Positions 57,079 through 64,000 of a DNA stretch of 64,000 nt are shown piece after piece. Numbering within the stretch: position 1 is the first letter of the stretch; each line of letters starts with the position of its first letter. The DNA is taken from NCBI GenBank assembly GCA_043803945.1, contig JAZDJN010000035.1, positions 1 to 64,000 of the forward strand. Direction: 5' to 3'. The notes below the pieces were generated by a model. The model saw only the letters and a program-made list of their open reading frames with translations. It had not been told where the DNA came from and did not search any database. This stretch comes from a bacterium. Its GTDB lineage: Bacteria > Bacteroidota > Ignavibacteria > UBA10030. Both the position numbers and the translations under genes were made by a program.

Positions 57079-57486
57079 TCACTTGTTGTAATGGAAGACA
57101 ATGCTTCGCCTGCCCATCTCTATGAAATACAAGTGCATCTCTTCAGTGAGATCATCGTCAATATCTATGACTGCCCGATTTCTCGACGGATCGCCCGTCC
57201 AAGACTTGGCAAGCCTATAAGGTTCAGAGATGCCGATGGGAACTGCCATTCGAAGTTTGCCCGCTCTCCAGTCAAAGCCGAAAACAAATCGTCCAGCCCC
57301 ACGGCGAATGATCTTCGTTGAGTAGGCACCGAAGTAACCTTGGTCGCTATGCCCTTGGAAATACAAGTCACTATGGTTCTTCGAACGAGCGTACTCAGTC
57401 GTTTCTCGAACCAAGCGTTCAAGGAACTTCCTCTCAACCTCTGTTGGAGAAACAGCATCTAGTGGGATTTCGTCCTTTTCAATCAT
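57079..57486 (-). CDS. Hypothetical protein, partner of NucS-like nuclease
   Basis: 135 aa; fold pattern resembles the C-terminal domain of the upstream gene. Confidence 0.55.
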   Translation of the reverse strand: MIEKDEIPLDAVSPTEVERKFLERLVRETTEYARSKNHSDLYFQGHSDQGYFGAYSTKIIRRGAGRFVFGFDWRAGKLRMAVPIGISEPYRLAKSWTGDPSRNRAVIDIDDDLTEEMHLYFIEMGRRSIVFHYNK

Positions 57487-57508
57487 CTGAGGCTCCGTCC
57501 AATGCAGA

Positions 57509-58492
57509 TCAGTTCAGGCCAAAGTTCCTGAGTGCCAAAGCATCCTTTGACAAGGCGTCAATGTGCAACGTTTGGAGTTCTGGAACCTTGGCGTAATTAT
57601 AGCAAAGCTGCGCCATTTCCTTGAAAAGCGCCAAAGCTTGAGAGACGTTACTATCATCGCCAGCGCACTTCTCGTCAATTCTTACTGGAAAAATCTGATT
57701 TTTCCTTGGGGGATCCATATGTAAACCGAGAGAGCTTAGCTTTCTTGTTGCAGGATGAGATCTAAATGTTGCGTGGTCTATTTCGTACACGCTGAACTCA
57801 ACGTCAAAGGTTGAGCGAGTGGGTCCCGTATTGAAACCGAAGACAACACGAGTGGTATCAGTGCCATAATATGCAATGTAGCTGTGCTCATGCTTCGATC
57901 GAGGATTGATAGTTGGAGATACCGAAAGATAGGTCTCGTTCAGACGTTCAGCGAACTTGCGAAGACTGGGTAGAGAAGAAGCGACAAACTGTGCTGGCAG
58001 AACTTCTTTGAAGGCCGGGCGATTATCGAATAGACTTGCAAGGCTTACGGAGCTTGACAGTATTCTCCTGTCAATAATTTTGAAGACCTCATCGTTGTGA
58101 AGTGCGAATTGTGCCCACACAATTGTCGATCCTCGATCTGCGGCAGAATTTGGCGGTGGCTCAGGACTCAGAACCATGCCTACGATTCCTTGTCTATAGT
58201 TGAACCGAAATCCGTCGAGATGCCGGAAAGCGTTGAGTTCCTCAAAGAGATTCGGGTACTTCTTGGATATGAGCGCTATGTACTCTTGAAGTTGGTCTAC
58301 GACTTGGGGATCCTTTTTAACCTTGAGTTCAAGAACTATCGGGATGGAAGTGGCAAGATCAAATCCAAGTATGTCGGTTCGCTTTCCGACGTGTTGAGCG
58401 ACCACCTTGGGAACCTCTGAATTTACATGATGCAGCCCAAGCGTCTGCATATTTGATGAGACGAAACTATTGAGAATCTTCTCCTTGATCAT
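57509..58492 (-). CDS. PD-(D/E)XK nuclease, NucS-like N-terminus
   Basis: RTDILGFD...IVLELK...VDQLQEY. Confidence 0.7.
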   Translation of the reverse strand: MIKEKILNSFVSSNMQTLGLHHVNSEVPKVVAQHVGKRTDILGFDLATSIPIVLELKVKKDPQVVDQLQEYIALISKKYPNLFEELNAFRHLDGFRFNYRQGIVGMVLSPEPPPNSAADRGSTIVWAQFALHNDEVFKIIDRRILSSSVSLASLFDNRPAFKEVLPAQFVASSLPSLRKFAERLNETYLSVSPTINPRSKHEHSYIAYYGTDTTRVVFGFNTGPTRSTFDVEFSVYEIDHATFRSHPATRKLSSLGLHMDPPRKNQIFPVRIDEKCAGDDSNVSQALALFKEMAQLCYNYAKVPELQTLHIDALSKDALALRNFGLN

Positions 58493-58535
58493 TGATGACC
58501 TCTATTTTTTAAAATAGATAATGAAAAACAATTCA

Positions 58536-59678
58536 CTACTTATCCAATATTCTGTCGTACTCCAATATTTCTTTTGACAATAAATCGGAGGTCTTAACAT
58601 TCTCCAGATGGGCAAGATCATTTCTCATTTCTCTTAAAACAAAAACCAGCTTTTTCAACTCACGATCAACGTATGTTTTAGACCTTTGAAGAGCGTAGGT
58701 TATTTGCCCAATTTCCATATCTCTGATATCAGATGTGAGTTTTCCCTCCTCTGTCTGGAAGGGCATCATAATACCAAGCTTGTTACCAATTATCATCCTT
58801 CTTCGGCATTCTTCAATAAAAGGAAATAAAACGCCTACCTGAGCACTCCAAATCCTGCGTTCGAGTTCTTCAATCGGACCCTGCAATGCAAAAACTGCAG
58901 AGTGGCAGACATCCTTCCCCTGCCACAAATAAGTCTTTCCCTTAGACCAGTTGTTGTCTGAATAAACAGCGTTTCCGGGTAGCCAGTTACGCTCTTTTGC
59001 ATATTGCTCCAGAAGGGACCTCGGATTTAGAATTTCCCCGATAGCTCTTGAAGCAAGATAGTCTGCCAGATTTGGATCCCACATTGCAATGCTGTCAATG
59101 ATGTTGGTTGCGATACTTCGGTGCACGTCTGACGGAAATGTGCTTTCAACTTTCATGTGAACATATATCAGCATATCAAGCGAATTGACGCAATCATTCC
59201 ATTTAAAAACATCAAGGCATGCATCTTTCTCAGGAATTACATTTGCTGATTCTCCGATTACACAAGCACAGATCATAGACCGCCGCATTAGACTTGTTGC
59301 TTTGCATGCTTGTTGAAATAAAGAAAGGAATCCAGCCCATTTCTCCCAGGTATGAAAATCATTGAATTCAATCCAAATAATTTTTCCCTGGAAAGATTCC
59401 TGGCTCAGGATGTCTGATGCGCTTACGATCTTATAATGAAGATCTTTTTCCAAGTAGGATTCACACAGAAATTTTAATGGGTCACTTTCATCAAATGGCG
59501 GTCGTATCTGTTGAAAAGTCCAATCCGAATCCCTGAACCTGGCGCTCAATGCGAATCCAAGGTTAGGAGGATGGAGTTCAGGAAACAGAATTACCACATT
59601 ACGACCCTGTCGAATGCTTTGTTCGATGTCAGCCGTAAATTTTGCAGGTCCGGGGAGCAACCACCACATCAAATTCAT
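58536..59678 (-). CDS. Hypothetical protein with C-terminal HEPN-like motif
   Basis: 380 aa; LREMRNDLAHL; 17 bp downstream of large ATPase. Confidence 0.65.
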   Translation of the reverse strand: MNLMWWLLPGPAKFTADIEQSIRQGRNVVILFPELHPPNLGFALSARFRDSDWTFQQIRPPFDESDPLKFLCESYLEKDLHYKIVSASDILSQESFQGKIIWIEFNDFHTWEKWAGFLSLFQQACKATSLMRRSMICACVIGESANVIPEKDACLDVFKWNDCVNSLDMLIYVHMKVESTFPSDVHRSIATNIIDSIAMWDPNLADYLASRAIGEILNPRSLLEQYAKERNWLPGNAVYSDNNWSKGKTYLWQGKDVCHSAVFALQGPIEELERRIWSAQVGVLFPFIEECRRRMIIGNKLGIMMPFQTEEGKLTSDIRDMEIGQITYALQRSKTYVDRELKKLVFVLREMRNDLAHLENVKTSDLLSKEILEYDRILDK

Positions 59679-59695
59679 CTTGTTCTGTTCCTGCG

Positions 59696-62600
59696 CTACT
59701 TTCCAAACACATTATGTGTGAGAATACTATTCAATGAATATGTGTTCGGACCAACAAGTGAAATCATGTCTAGTGCTTCCGCCCATTCAATACTCTTTGG
59801 AAGAAATTCTTTTGCTTCTCCCAGATCCAAAAGTTGCTCCAACTCAGTTATGGCGATGTTTTCCCCACCATATTCTGCCATAGTGCTTATGATTCCCCTT
59901 GGAGTTTCAGTGATCTCTGAAAAGCCAAACATTTTATCAAGTTCCATTCTGTTAGCAGAAATCCATTCCTTCAATTTCCCACAGCACTCTTTCGAAACGA
60001 AAGTCTCCCCTTTTGTTAACTCTTGGAACTTCTTAAGTAGAGCATAAAGTTGACCTGTAATCGATTTTATCTCATTTCGTTCTTCTATTTGAAGAGCGTA
60101 GACTTCGTCATCAAGCCAATGTTTAATCGCCGATTCATTCCACCTTCTCAATGATATAACATCAAGGCTTGCTCCCCTCAGTTCGATCCACTGACTCCAC
60201 TCCTGATTAAGAATTCCCCAGAGGTGATCCGGCTCTGCTATAAACACAAAACGCAGAAAGGAGCCCCAGTTCCCAATTATGCGGATCTTCTCCTGGGCAA
60301 TTTTTATCCACTCCAGGCTCCATGGAATTTCATAGCCGATAACATAGATAGCGACACTATCTCTCGCAATTGACTTTATTTCATCAATGAATTTTCTGAA
60401 TTGAGCAACTGATTGAACTTGATCAATCATATTCACATTTGAAAAAACCCGTCCTTTAAGAAATTCGGGGAGATCATCCAGTCCATTAGCTCTGTTACCG
60501 GCAATAAGGGTTACTCCATCTTTGTTCGAAGTGATCGTGCTCAATTGGCCAACAGTCAATGGACTTCTGAACTCTCTCGCACCGGCAGGCTTGAACGCAA
60601 TACGAAAATGCGCTGGTTCATATCCTAGTTCTACTTCGCGTCGCTCTAGCAGCTTTGACGTAATTTTCTCTTCACTTCCCATCAGTCTGTAAACGTTTTG
60701 GTTTCTCAGTAGATACCCTTCAGCAGGTGTGGCTTGCAATACACCCAGACCGATCATTTCCTCTACCAGAATTTTGATTGACTCGAGCGAAGAATGTTCC
60801 TTGAATCCTTCAGGATAGAAACAAGTTGCCTGTTGCCTGATCCAATCCAGGGTGAATCCCGAGCTCATACCTAGCTCAGGATTATCCGCATACCCCTGGG
60901 CTATACTATATGCAATAACTTCATACTTGTTGTCAAGTTGAAGGGTCCAAATGAACCTGTCACTGATTTGATTTCGCAGACTGGTATTCTGAAAGGCGTC
61001 TGTGACATGTCTGCTTTCTATGATATATGGTGGACACTTTTTAGTATCGAATGGAATCTTCCTGATGTGCTGCAGCAACTGTGTGCAATATAGTTGAATA
61101 AGGCTGGGATAATAATTTGTCTGAGATAATATCCTCATTATGAGATCACTGCTACTGAACTTGTAACCAATCGCTCTCAGAGGGATTTCTACTAACTTTC
61201 TCGCTTCTATCCATTCATCATTTGAGAATAGGGGTCCGATGCAGTGAGGTTCCCCAAAGTGTGCCAGTGGATGGTTAGCCAGCGTTGTTGTTCTCAAGAC
61301 ATTGTGAAGCCCGGCGAAAACCACCTTGAATCTTCTGCTGGTATTATCCATTAGGCCCTTTAATCGCGAGGTGTAGATGAATTCTCCGGATGATTTTCCG
61401 GACTCCCGGCTTCCTTTGCCATCGATTTCCAGAAAAATGTCTGCTTCATCAAGCAGAAGTAAAATCCTCCTGTCGGTACGATCATTTAGCCATTCTTGTA
61501 TATTTTCTAGCAGGTTTTTTAATCCTGTGTTTCTTTGTACTTTTGTTGAAATGACCTGGTATTTCTTAAATTCTTCCACCAGTACTTCCCACAAATGGTC
61601 TATCGGCTGAGCCGTACCAATACCGAGGACTTTGAGATCAACATAGAGGGCAATCATACCACTTGAAGGATTGTGGAAAGTTCTCTCGATCGAGCGCAAT
61701 AGAGCTGTTTTTCCGAGCTGACGACCCCCATAGATAAAACACGATCCATGAGGATTTACGATCGCTTCGAGTTCCCTTTTTCGCCCATAGAAGATCTCAG
61801 GCGGAACAAGGCCTGCAGTTGTGGTATATGGCTCAAGATCGGTTAAAGGCAGAGTACAATCGAAGAACACTGGAAGCCTGTCACCTTTCACTGTACACAA
61901 ATAAAGAATTACTATATCATCGATGACAATATACGTTCTTCTCCCTGACCGGCTCTCCTCCGCAAGTTCCCTTCTGCGTAGTTCAGACATTCTTCCAAAC
62001 CAAAATATTATAACAGGGCCCCCGCTTCCTGCAGTTGCGACATCATTAGAGAGAATATCTGCTGTTTGGTAATTCCAGAAACAAAGAACACGGTATCTTC
62101 CATTTGCTGCAGACCCATACTGATAAGCGGGGCAACGGTTTCGGTCATTAACTGCTTCGGCCTCAGCAGCGAAGATATCCTTATTGACAACCCTCCGTTT
62201 TTCGACATTTGCAATATTTAGTCCAATCCCTTTCAGCACGTCAGACACATGGTCAACAGTTGCGAAACGGGAATTCTTCATTTCGAGCCACGCTTCAAGG
62301 AGGTTGCGTGCATCTTTTCTTTGACTCGAGGACACTCCTTCAAAGGATAATGGCCCAATATTTTCACCCCGCTCAACCAACCTAAGAAGCTTATTTCCAT
62401 TCAGTGCATCCTTTTCCAGGAATCCGTGCAGTTCGGCAATCATGGATAACATGGTTTCAAAATGAGTTTGACTGGCTTTTTCATCCGGGATAGCCTCTCC
62501 GTTTGCTGCCCTGTTTACAAAATCTTCTGCAGTAATAAGGTCACCATCTTGTAGTAATTTACTGATACGAGAAAAGCCATCACTATCAGACTTAATACCG

Positions 62601-64000
62601 ATGTCACTCATCCTTTTAATGAGACGTTCTCTTGCCTTATTTTTTTGTGTGTCGATCGTGCTTTCAATTCCATCGAGCTGTTGTATGGCTTCGGACAAAT
62701 CTTCTTTATGCTTTGAAGCTTCCGCAATAGAGTGAATATCGCGTTTGAACGAATCGTATTGATCTCCGCGGATAATATTTAATGCCATCGCATCTTCAAT
62801 TTTTGCGACGGTTCTTGTCCTTACAATTTCTTGTATAAGCATCCGGGACTTGGTGATTTCTTCATCTCGTTTTCTTCGAAGCCCTTCAGAATCAACACCC
62901 TGAATATGGAGGAATTCGACGGCATCTATCACATTACCGGAAATTGTGTGTGCATGGTCTCTTGTAGCTTGCTCGAAGGCTCTCACCCAGTCTTCTGTTC
63001 CTTCTTTTATAAGTTGCAAGAGTTTTATCAGAATCCCTTTATCATATCCCTGAACAGGTTCCCAATCAGCATTGAGAGGTAACCCTGCCAGAAGTAATTC
63101 CCCATTAAGAATCCATCGGATATAGGGCTCTTCTGGGATAAAAGGCTTGGAAGGATCGAATATTGACTTAATGTCCTCGATTGCGGAGATGGTAAGGTCA
63201 ACAGCAGATCTGGTAATTCTGGAATCAGATCCATGCTTAAACTTGGATAGTTCATCAATGCAGGGAGTACACAGATCACCCAATTCACGCTTTAATTTGT
63301 CAATTTTTTCATCAATAAATCCCCGTTGTTTCCCTGGTCTGAAATCGATAAGCCCCACCCATATTCTCGCCATTGTCGATAGATCTCTGAGATGTCTTTG
63401 GATTTGATTTGAAGCTCTCTGCACTATTGATCCACTGGAATGCACCATCGTGATGGCAGCAAAATGAGTATCGATTTCCCGCCCCAGCCATCGCTCATTT
63501 ACTAAGTCAATCGAAAAATCTTTCACAATATCAAGATGATCAAAAGCATTGTTTTCAATCGCTTCAACTATTTGATAAACTCTGTTACCTCTCTGCAACA
63601 TTCGTTTCCATGTCTTTACTCCGGGAGAGGTCACTATACCGAAACTTTGAGCTTGCTTATACCATTGCTTGACTTTGTTCCTGATATCTTCAAGTTCTTC
63701 ACGCCACTTTGTTTGATCTTTTGCGATTTTTATTACTTGTGGTTCAAGCGCAATTCCCAGGTAACCCCATTCAGCTATCCTCTGTGAAATGGTATGCAAT
63801 ATGCTTAATTGGCTGTACGATAGTTGGCTTAGAATCGCCTGAGCTCCTGTAACTGGTGCCAGCAGAGATGGGCGCAGACATGAACTTCCCCACATCAGGT
63901 TCAACGCTATTCGTGTCTTGTCGTCTTCAGCTTCAGGAAGATCTGGATTGAAATTTTCATATTCTTGCTTAAGTAATGAGGCGATATTTCCCTGGTTTGA
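59696..64000 (-). CDS. Large AAA/STAND-like ATPase (5'-truncated by window)
   Basis: FYGRKREL, YGGRQLGKT, LLLLDEAD; frame open to position 64000. Confidence 0.8.
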   Translation of the reverse strand, partial: SNQGNIASLLKQEYENFNPDLPEAEDDKTRIALNLMWGSSCLRPSLLAPVTGAQAILSQLSYSQLSILHTISQRIAEWGYLGIALEPQVIKIAKDQTKWREELEDIRNKVKQWYKQAQSFGIVTSPGVKTWKRMLQRGNRVYQIVEAIENNAFDHLDIVKDFSIDLVNERWLGREIDTHFAAITMVHSSGSIVQRASNQIQRHLRDLSTMARIWVGLIDFRPGKQRGFIDEKIDKLKRELGDLCTPCIDELSKFKHGSDSRITRSAVDLTISAIEDIKSIFDPSKPFIPEEPYIRWILNGELLLAGLPLNADWEPVQGYDKGILIKLLQLIKEGTEDWVRAFEQATRDHAHTISGNVIDAVEFLHIQGVDSEGLRRKRDEEITKSRMLIQEIVRTRTVAKIEDAMALNIIRGDQYDSFKRDIHSIAEASKHKEDLSEAIQQLDGIESTIDTQKNKARERLIKRMSDIGIKSDSDGFSRISKLLQDGDLITAEDFVNRAANGEAIPDEKASQTHFETMLSMIAELHGFLEKDALNGNKLLRLVERGENIGPLSFEGVSSSQRKDARNLLEAWLEMKNSRFATVDHVSDVLKGIGLNIANVEKRRVVNKDIFAAEAEAVNDRNRCPAYQYGSAANGRYRVLCFWNYQTADILSNDVATAGSGGPVIIFWFGRMSELRRRELAEESRSGRRTYIVIDDIVILYLCTVKGDRLPVFFDCTLPLTDLEPYTTTAGLVPPEIFYGRKRELEAIVNPHGSCFIYGGRQLGKTALLRSIERTFHNPSSGMIALYVDLKVLGIGTAQPIDHLWEVLVEEFKKYQVISTKVQRNTGLKNLLENIQEWLNDRTDRRILLLLDEADIFLEIDGKGSRESGKSSGEFIYTSRLKGLMDNTSRRFKVVFAGLHNVLRTTTLANHPLAHFGEPHCIGPLFSNDEWIEARKLVEIPLRAIGYKFSSSDLIMRILSQTNYYPSLIQLYCTQLLQHIRKIPFDTKKCPPYIIESRHVTDAFQNTSLRNQISDRFIWTLQLDNKYEVIAYSIAQGYADNPELGMSSGFTLDWIRQQATCFYPEGFKEHSSLESIKILVEEMIGLGVLQATPAEGYLLRNQNVYRLMGSEEKITSKLLERREVELGYEPAHFRIAFKPAGAREFRSPLTVGQLSTITSNKDGVTLIAGNRANGLDDLPEFLKGRVFSNVNMIDQVQSVAQFRKFIDEIKSIARDSVAIYVIGYEIPWSLEWIKIAQEKIRIIGNWGSFLRFVFIAEPDHLWGILNQEWSQWIELRGASLDVISLRRWNESAIKHWLDDEVYALQIEERNEIKSITGQLYALLKKFQELTKGETFVSKECCGKLKEWISANRMELDKMFGFSEITETPRGIISTMAEYGGENIAITELEQLLDLGEAKEFLPKSIEWAEALDMISLVGPNTYSLNSILTHNVFGK

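Overview
Mosaic accessory window with five parts. (1) 1-5670: the 3' end of an IS66 followed by an integron-type cassette array on the + strand (six attC-like sites, the last truncated). Two cassettes carry HEPN-like RxxxxH motifs; the others include an alpha/beta hydrolase and a frameshifted CAAX protease. (2) ~5780-30400: a minus-strand myovirus late operon with lysis genes, a frameshift-split fibre, baseplate, tape measure, a tail chaperone with a -1 slippery site, tube, sheath, neck, a MuF-metallopeptidase and a fused protease-scaffold-capsid protein. No terminase, portal or phage integrase is recognisable anywhere in the window. (3) 30450-37400 and 45200-56540: minus-strand phage-like early genes (SMC-like ATPase, minimal PolX, ATP-dependent ligase, RadC, DNA MTase, KTSC) driven by a family of TTGACA promoters, with a vapBC insert between ~80-bp direct repeats and a 48-bp tandem array of a 16-bp palindrome that recurs at two distant sites. 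(4) ~37600-44930: an embedded integron remnant (IntI C-terminus co-oriented with the cassettes) whose first cassette is a Gabija pair, followed by a dehydrogenase, a small Cys protein and brnTA. (5) 57080-64000: a defence-island-like block (NucS-like nuclease, HEPN-motif protein, giant AAA/STAND-like ATPase cut by the window edge). All product calls come from reading motifs by eye; no database searches were run.
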